Shown piece by piece: positions 51,662-64,000 of a DNA stretch of 64,000 bases. The notes under the pieces are model-generated. The model was not told the DNA's origin. It saw nothing but the letters and a program-made list of their open reading frames with translations, and did not search any database. The stretch lies in the NCBI GenBank assembly GCA_964016885.1, contig OZ024741.1, positions 334,490,001 to 334,554,000 on the forward strand. Direction: 5' to 3'. Both the position numbers and the translations under genes were made by a program. Source of the DNA: Eledone cirrhosa (Eukaryota). Position 1 is the first letter of the stretch; the number at the start of each line of letters is the position of its first letter.

Positions 51662-52080
51662 ACGCATATATATGTATATGCATATATATATATATATATA
51701 TATAATAAATGAAGAATTCGAAATAGAAGCCAGGAATATCCGTCATCAGTGGTCTGCTAGCCATCATAGGTATTTCTTCGCATTACAGACCATATACCTC
51801 AAGCTAGGGTGATACAATAACTAAATTAAGTTATTGGTGGAGAAAGAGAGACAGGTAAACAAACACGAATGGTGTGGCAATGTAAAGAGAGGAAAAAATA
51901 AGAAAATCAAGTCAATAATTCATTTTGAACATAAGAACTTGCGAATATTGACGAGAAGGCAAAGACACATCTTGGCCGGGCGGATGTTAGCGAGGAAAGA
52001 ATCTTGTACGGTGTGGGATGATGGAATAAGTGAGAGAGAGGGTGAGTAGCAGAGAGTGACTGAGTGAAAGTGTGAGGAAG

Positions 52081-52112
<32 letters not shown>

Positions 52113-52182
52113 GTATATATATACATATTATACACACACACACACACACGTGTGTGTGTTTGTGTGTGTGTGCGTATACATG

Positions 52183-52224
<42 letters not shown>

Positions 52225-52519
52225 CTCTTTCTCCCATGTTGTTCTATCTAATTATTTAAAGAAATATTTCCAGAATATTGGTTGAATGCAATCGAATACC
52301 AAAAAGACTTTCTTCAACATTTTTATTCTCTGTCCCCTAAACCACCCCCACCCACCCCACCTCACCTCTGTTGTTGTCTCCATGTACATCTCTCCTTTTT
52401 TCTTTTTTCATCTCTTTCACCCCCATCATCTATTTCATATCTTTCATTTTCTTGGTTTTTCATTTAATGTAGAACAACCATGAAATACAATTTCTCAGTC
52501 TTTTTCAGCAATATCTTTT

Positions 52520-52856
52520 TATCACCATAGTCATCATCATCATCATCATAGTTGTCATCATCGTCACCATCACAATTTCCATCATCATCATCGTCATCAT
52601 CGACACCATCACAATTTCCATCACCGTCATCGTCATCATCATCGTCATCATCATAACCATCATCATCATTACCTTCATTATCATTGTCATCATTACCATC
52701 ATCATTGTCATCATTACCATCATCATTGTCATCATCGTCAGCATTATCATCATCATTACCTTCATCATAATCATCATCATTGTCATCATTACCATCATCA
52801 CTGTCATCATCATCATCATCTTCATCATCATCGTCAACATTGTTGTCATTATCATG
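52520..52856. repeat. Degenerate (CAT)n trinucleotide repeat
   Basis: Directly visible; it produces the poly-D and poly-M ORFs. Confidence 0.9.
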
Positions 52857-53884
52857 CAAAAGCCGCAGTAGTTGTAGTAATAGGGGCAGCAGCAGCAGCA
52901 GCAGCAGTAGTGTTTGTTAATTTTGGTGGGCGGGTGAGCATATAATTAGAAATTTATACAGGTGGTGGTTATTGTTGAGTAAAAAACTCCAGTACATGAC
53001 GGGGTACTTTCATCTCTCTCTCTCTGTAACCTCTCATGGATAAAAACCAAAGACAGCTCTGGTGACATTTGAACCCAAAACAAAAAGAAACTAATACCTC
53101 AGGATGTGATTTGTCCAGCAATTTACCAGTCCTGTTACTCCATTTGGCAACAAATGGTATCATATGGCATTCAGTGTTTCTTGGGCATGTTTTAAAACCT
53201 GGCGCAACCCATCTCTCTACGTCTGAATTCTTCCAGAGAATGATAAAAGCATATTTCTTTCAGAGAAGAATAGAAAGTGAAAGAGAGGAAGAGATATAGA
53301 AGAAGAATCAACCCCAGAGGTAGACTGGTACATTTTTTTTATTGATCTCAAAAGGATGAAAGGCAAAGTTGACCTCAGTGGGATTTGAACTGAGAGAGAA
53401 GAGAGGTGGAACAATTGCTGCAAAGCATTCTATCTGACGTTCTAATGACTCTGCTAATTCGCTGCCTATATTAGCAACAAATTCTTTTTTTCAAATACCA
53501 CTTTGGAAGAAGAATCAGGATGGAGAGAGAGGTGCTGTACCCCAGCAAGTTTTATGAAAGGTGGGTGAAAGTGGCGAGAATGGCCCGAGTGAATGGGCCT
53601 TCTCTCTATATCAGCCTGTAGGTTGAGGAAAAGGAGGAGGAGAGGAAAGGAGTACAAGCTCTTCGTACTCCTGGAGATGAGGGTTGCACATTTTTTTCGG
53701 GGGTCTGTGTTACCCATATAAACTGTCTCCCTCTATTGGGCAAAATCGACTAACTTTTAAATTCCATCTGTGATAACATTTTACACGTTTTTATTGTATG
53801 TAAACTTCCCCCTTTGTATTTGTCCCCTTCTTTTGTGCCCCTGTGGCTAATAAAGAAATATATATTAGCAACAAATAAGCTAAC

Positions 53885-54072
53885 TGGATTGGCAGTATTG
53901 GTAGAGGGTCGGACGCCATGCTTTGTAGCATAGAGTTACGGCCCTTTATGATCTGAGTTCAAATCCCGCCGAGGTTAACTTTGTCTCTCATCCTTACGGG
54001 GGTCGATAAAATAAAGTACCAGTAATACACTGAGATAATTGCTGGCCTTGTGCCAAAAGTAGAAACAATTAT
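53885..54072 (+). mobile_element. MetaSINE-like SINE
   Basis: tggcagtattggtagag, gagttcaaatccc, core and ggccttgtgccaaaagtagaaacaatt tail. Further copies lie at ~35875-36090, 53300-53465 (-), 54915-55115 and 59150-59285 (-). Confidence 0.82.
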
Positions 54073-55449
54073 TAACTTAAACTTTTTACATCTTTCTTTT
54101 TCTCCACTCTCTCCTCTCCAGTCCTTTTCTACCTGACTTCAATAGAGAATTCTCATAAAATATGGCTTCTACTTGTTTTCTTTTCATTTTTTATGGGGGT
54201 TTTGTGTATATTCCATATCTTCCTCACTAGAGTATTCAGTTCAGTTTTAGAAAGAAAATTTACAAACATGGCTTCTTTCTCTCTCTTCGCTTGTGCTATA
54301 TATTCTACATTCATCACATTTATTTGTATCAATCTTTATGTTTGCTTCCTTGCCTAATTTCTCACTCAGCCATTTTCAACCACTAGCTTTGTTCCATTTT
54401 AGTCTTATCTTCATATATATTAAAAAAAAGGTATTTTTCTTTCATTTTGTTATATATTTTTTATTTCTTCTATTTCACAAACATTCTATCCAATATTACT
54501 AAATTAATTTGTCCTGCTTCTTTCTTTCTACCAAACTTCCTTATTTCATCACATTTTCTGTTCACATCATTTCTGAAAAGTCTTTATACAAAATTATGCT
54601 GATAAGGGGGAAACCCCATAGAGTGAAATTATATTTTGTGATTTCTAGATAGTTCTCTGATGAAGTGTTGTTATTGCTTTTCTTCAATTTCAGATAATTA
54701 TGACAAACTAGGTTTCTAATTTTCTAAACAAATTTCTATCTTCTAAATAAATATCTTCTTGGTTTACAAAAATAAAATAAAAAAAAATGATTTAGGTTTC
54801 CTGTTTGAAAACATTCTATACTGTAAAATAGTAGAATCATCATTGTCATTATCTTCACCACCACTATCATCAACATCAGCATCACCACCACTGCCACAAC
54901 CACCATCATCATAGGGTGTTGGATTTCAGAATTGTTAGAGCATTGGACAAAACTCTATGCAGTATTTAGTTACAGAACTCTGTACATTCTGGTTTCAAAT
55001 CCTACTGAGGGGTAGATAAAATACAGTAGTACCAGTCATGTACTGGGGGTCAATATAATTAACTTCCCTTTCCCCCACAAAAAATTGCTGGCCTTTTGCA
55101 TTAATTAGAAATTATTATCACCACCATCATCATTGCTTTTACATTTATCTTCCCTTGCTAGTATGTGTTGGACAATACTTTTTTCCGAGACAGGATACTC
55201 TTCCTAATGGCAGCTCTTATCTTTTTCCGTATGGTTTTAAACTATCTTCATATGTTGAAATGCTGAGTGGTGGGATTTTGTTTGTGTATTCATGAACAAA
55301 GTCACTACTTAGTATTAGTATCCATTGTGATGAAAAATATTGGTTTGCTATATAGTGTATGATAAAGGTAATTCAGTCTTGAAAACACTAATTGCAGGAG
55401 TGAGGGACCCCTTGGATCCCTGGTGGCAGAATATAATAAACAACAACAA

Positions 55450-55735
55450 CAGTAGAACTGAGGATCCTCTCATTAAAACACCTAACAAAGCTCCTAGGAC
55501 TGGAAACTCTATCATTAAAACACACAAAGAACTCCCTAAGAGCCCAACTAAACCTGTATATATGTCAACTGTAAAAACAACAACATGATATGACTGGGGA
55601 CTCTATCATTAAAACACACAAAGAACATCCTTAGAGGCCAACTAAACCTGTATATATGTCAGCTGTGATTGGGGACCCTATCATTAAAGCCCACAATGAA
55701 CCTCTTAAGAGGTCAGCTAAACCTACATAGGTGTG
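55450..55735. repeat. Degenerate minisatellite, related in reverse complement to the repeat flanking the LINE at 1310-1455 and 4100-4240
   Basis: Repeated ctctatcattaaaacacacaaagaac...aactaaacctgtata units. Confidence 0.6.
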
Positions 55736-56425
55736 AGTTGTTAATTTTAAGATTTTTCATTGCTATGATACAAACTTAGTAAATCTAACATATGCCAAGT
55801 TAAGTTAAATCTTTACATATATGGAAAGTACATTTTGGAATCTGTCTAAACTATTTCAACTATATTGCTTATATATCATAGTTAAATTTCCACCATACAA
55901 GTTTTAAAGCTTTAGGTAGATTTTTACAATTACACCAGTCTCACTCATTCAGTAGCTCATTTCTCTAAATAAACCTTGGCTCTTCTTCATTGCTCTATTT
56001 CTTGGTCTATCCTATAATTAAGATATTTCTGTGTAGTGTGTGTGTGTGTGCACTGTATGTGTGTGTGTGCACTGTGAGTGTGAGCGTGTGCACTATGTGC
56101 GTGTGTGTGTGCGTGTTCTCACTGTATGTGTGTGTGTGTGTGCAAAGTTTTTTACTATATGTTCTTTCTGTGTAAATGTAAATTTTCAAGATAATCTCTC
56201 CTCTAGTAAAGAGACTATAAACATTTGAATTAAACTAACAAACCTGTTTTGTTTTTTTAGATATTACAGAATATTAAGAGTTAAATAAAAATAATAAAGT
56301 AAAAGGTTTATTAAAATATCTTAAATCGTAATAACTATATCAGATAATGTAGCTTCATGTAAATAAAAACACTGGAAAAACTGAAGAACTGTTATTTACA
56401 TAATCCAAATTTTCTGACTGAGAAT

Positions 56426-56610
56426 ATACACACATTAAAATTCTGTTATAACGAAATTCAGGGTGGGGGCTTATAAAAAAATTTGTTGTAACGAAAAATT
56501 CTTTATAACGAGATCAACCAAATAAATCGAGCGTTTGTTTGTTATTACCTTGGTGAATGAAAAAAATTTGTTATACTGAAAAATTGTTATAACAGAATTT
56601 AACCTGTGTA
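56426..56610. mobile_element. Tigger/pogo-like MITE
   Basis: TIR-like aaattctgttataac / gttataacagaattt, with internal gttataac repeats and TA ends. Confidence 0.55.
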
Positions 56611-57223
56611 TGTATATATATATATATATATATATAAATATGGGCATCCACTGAAGAATTATAAGAGCCCACTTGAATAAGTATCTGTTGATCTTATACA
56701 AGCTTCTATATAATTTGGTATAATTTCACCCAACTTGTAGAAATCTTATAATGAAACGAATCGTCTGGGAAGTGATATATTTGATATATCTCATGAAATG
56801 ATACAGCCAATTTTCCACACAATACAATTAGTTAGCACCCTGAACGTTTAATTAGGAACATACTCAACAAACATTAGGAAATACCTGAGTGAGTTGGAAT
56901 TTGGCTGGAGTATCGCTATTAGCTTTCTCCGATTATGTATTTATATATATATATATTGATCGTTATCAGGTATTTTAATTTTTTTTATTATATTTAATAA
57001 GATACTCTATGAATTATGTAATCTTATATTCAGTACAGATTGTCTCTAGTTTTATGCTTTGCTATATTTTAATGCATGCTTATGTGTGTATGAATATATT
57101 TCATCCACTTTCTTATAATGTATTAAGGCTTGATTTTATTCTCTGAATTCTATCTTGAGCTGTTTTTAGAGACAAGACATGTGTTTGATTTTGTATCATT
57201 CATGACATCCTTTACTTTGAATG

Positions 57224-57277
<54 letters not shown>

Positions 57278-57555
57278 GTATAAAGAATATTGTGCTCAAG
57301 CACATAGATACTATAGAATAAGTTATAAAATAGAGTGAAGACTTTTAAAAGATGGAATAAAAAGTTACCAGCAGCAGATGGCAAGTTCTTTTTCTGTCTT
57401 TAAGGTCTTCATCCTATTTTATAAGCATCTATGTGCTTGAGCATATCATCCTTTATACTTATATATATAAAGAAGAACTGTTGTTTTTCCTTTAAAATCA
57501 TTCAAATATTTATACACTTTGTCTCTACATATGTTTCTTTATTTTTATTTTTCAG

Positions 57556-57806
57556 ATGTCTATTCCTGCAAATTTCAACATCTTCAAAATGTAGATAAGA
57601 ACTCATTTGTAAAAACACTAAAATATCCATCAGACATTAACAACAGACATGTTTATCATCCAAGTATTCAGAAAAATTTACACAGCCATGAAATGGGGAC
57701 TCACAGTATCAACACAAGTACACAACCTTGGAATTTACCAATGAGGAACAGTTTTACATCATACACAAAACCATTACCAGCAGTCCCCAAGTTACCATAT
57801 TCATGA
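57556..57806 (+). CDS. Candidate terminal coding exon (DVYSCKFQ...KPLPAVPKLPYS*)
   Basis: tttttatttttcag acceptor, 83 stop-free codons, and a phase-1 start compatible with the phase-1 end of exon 23154-23316. Confidence 0.45.
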
Positions 57807-57978
57807 ACTGCCATGTCAGTGTCTCTCATGTAAATTTGTTTATACTATATATATATATATATATATAAATATATAAACTCAGAAAGTTCCATATGAAACT
57901 GATATTTCTCAAGGGAGAATTAATTATTTTTATTACAACTTCTATTATTTTTATTTTTGTTTTTCTTATTATTATATA

Positions 57979-58200
57979 GGGCGATGGATTGGCAGTATCG
58001 GTAGAGCATCGGACATGCTTTACGGCATATAGTTATGTCCCTTTACGTTCTGAGTTCAAATCCTGCCAAGGTTAGCTTTGCCTTTCATCCTTTCGGGGTC
58101 GATAAAATAAAGCACCAGTAATGTACTGGGGTTGATTTAATCGACATTCCCTCTCCACAAAAAATGTTGGCCTTGTGCCTAAATCAGAAAACATTATTAT
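57979..58200 (+). mobile_element. Full-length MetaSINE-like SINE
   Basis: Head gggcgatggattggcagtatcggtagagc, B box gagttcaaatcc, core gcctttcatcctttcggggtcgataaaataaag and (ATT)n tail. Confidence 0.88.
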
Positions 58201-58976
58201 TATCATTAATATTATTATTCAGTTGTTTTTTTTATTTGTTTTTTTTATTTGTTTTTTTTATGTGTTGTTTTTCACATGACAGGGGCAGAGGAATTATAAA
58301 AACATTTATCTGACAACAAATATTATTTGCTCTCTGTTTGACAAAGATCTTTGTTTCAATTCACAACTCATCAATATCAATAGATCAATTATTTCAAGTT
58401 TAAAAATATAATTAACATAAGATTTGTTTAGTTTATACAATCTTATTGTAAACAAAGCAACAACAATAACAAAAACAAAACAAACACAAATCAAGCTAAG
58501 AAAAACAACAACAACAAATATCAAAGATTTTCTTTTCCTCTTGCAATTTATTTCAAACGATGTTGAGAAATGATGTATTAAACACAAAAAAAAACAATCA
58601 AAACATTTATGAAAAGAGAAAAAAAATGAGAAAAATTCTTGATGAGGGGGTGGGGGGTTAAGGAAACAAATAAACAAAAAAATTTAAATTATTTTATTAA
58701 AAGTTTTTAATGAAAGTTTTTTTTTCTCTTCATTATCATCTTTTGTGTGTGAAATTGACCTTGAAAGAAAATAATTTTTTTTTTTTTTCATGACATTTAT
58801 TCAACGGATGATTCCAACCCATGCCATGATCAACTAATGATCAACTTCTCGTTTTTCTTTTCCTCTCCTCATTCTCCTCCTCACCTATGAGTTTGTTGAA
58901 GTTACAGGTTGTTGTCATTCACCAGATTAGGATCAGTTTCCAGGTCCAACTGCGAGGAAGTCAACAACTTGGGTTC

Positions 58977-59090
58977 TCATGTAAAATGATGATCATGATG
59001 TTTCCATTGGTCTTTCTTTCCATTGCTGATACTCTCCCAACTAGTTGCAACTCCTGGCAAAATTTGAGCTCTGAATCCACAGAGTTGGAC
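58977..59090 (-). CDS. Candidate last coding exon of a convergent host gene
   Basis: Acceptor ttatgttaccag; in frame with exon 60933-61037; AATAAA on the minus strand at 58796-58801. The reading frame is ambiguous because two frames are open. Confidence 0.4.
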   Translation of the reverse strand, partial: VQLCGFRAQILPGVATSWESISNGKKDQWKHHDHHFT

Positions 59091-59469
59091 CTGGTAACAT
59101 AAAATATCTTACATGACTCACTAACAATTCCACCAATCAACTTCCCCTGGACAGGTAAGTTATTTATTGACCTTGAAAGAATGGAATGCAGAGTTGACCA
59201 TGGCAGAATTTGAACTTAGAGTGCAGTGTGCCAAAACAAATGCCAATGTGTTGGAACCAGTGTTCTAACAATTCTACCAACTCGCCAACAATCTGACTTG
59301 TCTAAAGTGTCTAAATATTTCGAGCAAGTTGATCTTATTGGAGTTATCTCCCTTGGCTGCTGTTTATTTTTACAACATTCCACTGTAATCAAAACTTACT
59401 TCTCACAATTTGTTAAGGTATAGATTAAAATAATATACTTCAGCAGTCTCAAAACTCAGTCCTGTAGAA

Positions 59470-59654
59470 CAGTGGCTCCCAAATTAGGATCTGCAGAACC
59501 CAAGGGTTCTGCAAAGGAGTGTCTGGGGTTCTGTGAAAAAAGGTAGAGGAGTATATTTATATTACGATCATATAACACTATTAGACTTTAGGGTTCCCCC
59601 AAAAGTTTCTCAGCCAAAAAGAGTTCCACATTTGAAAAAGTTAAGGAAACCCTG
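59470..59654. mobile_element. hAT-type MITE
   Basis: cagtggctcccaaa...aaggaaaccctg termini with an 8-bp TSD ctgtagaa/ctatagaa. Confidence 0.7.
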
Positions 59655-60932
59655 CTATAGAATATTCTATGGGTGTCTTTATACTTAAATAATTCTTTCT
59701 AATTGTGGATTTTTTTCATCAGTGATTCACCATCAAATGTATCTACCTTTTGATACCAAACCACCTGAAACCAGCTCTGGTTCTATGATACAAAGCTGTT
59801 TATTCTAAAGTGTTTATCATCATCATCATCACTTTCTAATGTCCATCTGTCCGTGCAAGCATGGGTCAGATGGGTTGTCCCGTTATGAGACAAAACAGGT
59901 CAGGTGACAATGTTTTGCTCATACGGATGTGTATGTTGCTTGGTTTCTACAGCTGGAGTCCTTAACGCCAACTACATTACAGTGTGGACTAGGTGATTTT
60001 TATCATTGCACCAAAACAACCATCTAATAGGGTAGACTGGGTGCTTTTTCATTGTGTCACGAGCATGATACCTTACAGGATGGATTGGGTGCTTTTGGTG
60101 ATGCAGCACCAGATCAGCATACAGGGTAGACTTGTGGGAAATCAGATGTAGAGCATGTCCAGCTTTCATGCTTGTATGCAAAGGTTTGGTAGGAGAGATG
60201 TATCATTGGTGAGGAATGAGTGTTTGCTGGGCATGAGAGTTAAAACTTTGCCATTATAATTTTATATAAAAACATTTCTTAAATTATGTTCCCAACACCA
60301 GATAAATAATGGAAAAGTTAGTTATATTCTTTCCAGGTTCTTGATTATATTGTAAATAATTTGAAAATAATAGGCAATGTCTTTCATTAGAAATATGATA
60401 ATGAATGGGTTAACTCTTAACTAGGTTCAACAAGTTGTAGTTGGTTTATTGATGCCTGGTTGAGTTTTGCATTGTGAGTTTTACATTGCGAATTCTGAAA
60501 AAAAAAAAAAAAAAATGATGTTAAATAAAACAAAAAGTAATGTTTTGCCCAGAATATTTCAACATGATATTTCATATTTGAAAAGAGAGTATTAGCCAAG
60601 AAATATGTTGAAATATACTGGGTAAAACACTGTTTGGTTCATCATTTGCCTTTTATATATCTCTACCATACTGTACCAGCTTTCTGAAATTTATCAGTCA
60701 TTTATTACATATCTCACAATGCTTCGTATCAACTATACTACTTTACAATAATGTTAGTTTGCAGTTCCAATTTCAAATTTTTCCATGGTGATGGTCATTA
60801 CGAAGCTTACTTAACTAAGATACAGTAAACAATATACACAGTCTTCTGTGGCGACTTTATATGTCTATACTTCCATTTGTGTCAACTGTCAACCACTTAG
60901 TTGAAGCTTCACACTCATCTGTGTACTATTAC

Positions 60933-61037
60933 CTGCACTGCACTGTTCTCTGCTCTGACCAAGAAACTAGACACCACCCTACACCTCTTAATCTGGCAAC
61001 AGGACAAGAGATGGCGGAATACCAGACTAATGGGAAA
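60933..61037 (-). CDS. Candidate 105-nt internal exon of a minus-strand host gene
   Basis: ctttctcttgtcag acceptor, CAG|gtaata donor, length a multiple of 3, raised GC. Confidence 0.45.
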
Positions 61038-61978
61038 CTGACAAGAGAAAGCATGAAACATTTGAGAATCAAAACGTACAAATTGCTAAAAGAAAAAGAA
61101 AAATGTTCAATAATTTGAGTCATTCCTCCATCGAAGGTGAAGGACATCTTGCTTTTTCTTATGACTAGAATATATGCAGCTCGCCACACCTGAATACTCA
61201 TACATTTCTCTGCTAACTGGAGCAGTTGTGCCAACCCATTGTCAAATTAGTAGTCGATCATATGTTCAATAAAATGTTACATATTATTGAAAAAATTCTC
61301 ATGTATAACTTGCTTGTTTGAAGTGTATAATAGTAGTAAATTCAATAGCAACATCTAGATAGAAAGAGTTTACATTTCTTGGGGACATGTACAATGGAAT
61401 GTAGCTATTCTTTAACTACAAGGAGGTTACTTGACATTTTAAAAGAGAGAAATAGATTGCTTGTAAAGTAGTTACATCAAACGAACATACTGAAATTAAA
61501 TCAATAACTGAAAAGGATATATCACAAGGTAAAAACACTTATCAGAAGGCAAACCGTAAATTGCTGTTCAGCTGTAAGTGAGGAACAAGGTGGTCTTAAA
61601 TAAATTCTTCTATAAGATTGGTAAGTTACAATGCTGATAAATCTTAATCTGTTAAACATATATTGGAACACTGCAAGAATATCGTATAGAATTCATTGAA
61701 CATTATTGAAGCTTGTTAAATTTACAGTCAGTCATGCTTAAAAACGTACAACATGACAAACATCCTTAAAACTTGTCCTTATCGCCCCACACACAAACAC
61801 AGACATACGCATTTATTTTAATGCTAAATCCATTTTCTAGTCGATATTACCAACAAAACCCTTCAAGACAATGCTCCTGCATGGCCACAGTCCAATGACT
61901 GAAACCAGCAAACACACACACACACATAAACTTATATATATATATGACCCTCCCCAAGTATAACTATATATATATATA

Positions 61979-64000
61979 TTCATCCAGTTTGACAGAGAGT
62001 TACTATGCTTCAATTACCTTACCGCTACTTACGGCTGCCTTGAACTTCGCCGAAACACTTGCGCCCATCACCGACCAGGAAAGAAACATCATCCTCCACG
62101 CCAGGAAGACAGTCCTACTCTTCGACAACTCCAAATGGATAAAGAGAGCTCCCGACTCACTCTTCGACGTCAGCATAGGCGCGATGGATTCGGCTGAGGT
62201 CACAGATCTTATAGGATTATTCCTAATAGCTAAACTCACCGATATGTTTCCTGCATTCGGCGGTGGATTGTACCGTGATGATGGGCTCCTTTGCCTTAAA
62301 GGGTACAACCCCAGTAGTACAGATCGGGTCCGTAAACAATTAATCAGCTTCTTCCGCGACTGGGGATTTAAAATAACCCTACAAACGTCCCCGACCCGAG
62401 TAAACTTCCTGGACGTTACCCTTGACCACGATAATGATCTGTACTACCCATACAGGAAACCCAACGACAACCTGCACTACATCCACCGCCGGTCAAACCA
62501 TCCTAGGAACATCACCAATAACCTGGTTAAAAACATCTCCCTCCGCATATCTCGTTGTCCGCTAATGAGCAGATATTCGAGGAACATGCGCCTTATTACA
62601 ACCAGGCCCTCAAGCGGAGTGGTTTCCGGGAGGAAATATCCTACTGTCCAGCTTCCATTAGCGGAACCAGCAGGCGACACCGCCGCTCACGCAATGTAAC
62701 ATGGTTCAATCCTCCCCACAACGCCGAGGTGACAACTCCTAGCGGGAAAATCTTCTTTAGGCTCATTGAAAAACACTTCCCACTACAACACCGCTACCAC
62801 AACATAATTAACAAAAATACCATCAAACTCTCCTACAGCACCACACCAAACTTTGCACAAAACATCGTCTCCTCTAACAACAAAAAACTCAACCCCTATG
62901 GAAGAAATAACCTAAATAGCAGTGGAGAGCCGACCAGGAGGTGCAACTGTCCTGATGGATCCATTTTTCCCCTCGACAACAGATGCAGAGATCGTAATGT
63001 GATCTACCAGTGCAACGTGAGGACGGACACCTCCAACAAAGCTTATATAGGATTAACCGCATGTGACTTCAAAACCCCGCTATACTAACACAGACATACC
63101 TTCCGATATGGGACCTCAAGGATAACAATATTACCTATGACCTCACTTGGAGGTTACTGTCCAGAGCCAACTCTTACACGAGAGGACGCCGTCCGTGCAA
63201 TTTATGCTCGGAGGAAACTTTACAAAGGCTGTTTTCGACGGACCAACTCCTAAACAAGAAAGATGAACTGGTAACTGCATGTAAACACAGATTGCGTAGG
63301 ACTTACCTCGCCCTCAAGCCCCATAATGACCCGGGGGGGGGGGGGGGGTAGACAAGGGCTATAACACTCCACTTGCCGACTTTGTAATGGGTAACCCCTG
63401 CTTGCAAAGGTAGACGTAAGACCTTCTTTTATATCTTTTTATCGCTTCCTCTATATTTCCTTCTTCCCCCCATCCCTCCCTAGTCCTTCCACCCCAGTCC
63501 TCTTTCTTTGTCGTCGTCCTTTTCACTTTCTCGCCCACCCGAGGCAGCCCCTCGGTCCTTTGTAGCCTCAGTACTCCCACCCCCTTCCCCTATTCTATGA
63601 TAGAATTGGCCGACTCCGCATTTTATAGCAGATGTGATAGACCCCGGATACTTGCCTTCTTATCCGATGGCTGCCCCTTTTCCGTGCTTTCTACATTTCT
63701 TAGTGGTATCTTTGCTTTAATTTCTCGTATATCAGTATTTCTTTTTTTTTGGGGGGGGGGGGATTCTGAATTAATTTTCCGTATCAAATTTTTCATATAC
63801 TTCGTACGAGCATTTATGTAGTTTGCACTAGAAGTTTTATATCGTAGCGGCATCCTTAGAGATAGTATTAGTATTCTTTTTCGGGACTCTGAATCATTAT
63901 TTCTTATTAGTTTTTTTTTTTTTGCACTGGGTGGTTGCTGGCCTTGTGCCTGGGGTAGAAACCTTTATTTCGTATTAGTCTCGGGACACTGAATTATTAT
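61979..64000 (+). mobile_element. Second YRDD/GIY-YIG PLE family (GC-richer), 5'-truncated and frameshifted; 3' region runs to the window end
   Basis: Motifs FIQFD/YYASIT, FDVSIGAMDSAE, GLYRDDGL, FLDV, VTWFNPP, CNC, VIY...YIGLT, CNLCSEE and CKHR; preceded by (TA)n. Confidence 0.9.

Noticed and set aside
51730-51810. Minus-strand CUGAUGA near a hairpin; similar weak hits at ~8680, 24957, 50750 and 54657
   Set aside because: No consistent stem II/GAAA/stem I geometry.
52464-52859. Asp-rich and Met-rich ORFs
   Set aside because: Degenerate (CAT)n repeat with no splice or domain support.

Overview
AT-rich, repeat-saturated animal genomic DNA, most likely from an octopod cephalopod (inferred from the SINE and RTE families and the very long (TA)n tracts). 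Almost all long ORFs belong to transposons or are microsatellite artefacts. Recognisable content: several RTE-clade LINE copies (one with an open 2.3-kb RT frame, one with a twin-priming-type inversion), three Penelope-like element (PLE) families (two YRDD/GIY-YIG, probably Nematis-type, and one Neptune-like), two mariner relics, several MITEs, many tRNA-derived SINEs, and a few weakly supported host exons of two convergent genes. The most striking unexplained structure is a recurring insertion architecture in (TA)n tracts. 5'-truncated retroelement copies are joined head-to-head as fold-back palindromes from about 40 bp to 6.2 kb, typically with one complete 3' end and one shorter mirror arm. 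Many carry minimal type I hammerhead ribozymes (HHRs) with palindromic stem III; I count 8 intact-looking and about 7 degenerate or partial motifs by eye. All folds and alignments were done by eye and nothing was searched or computed.
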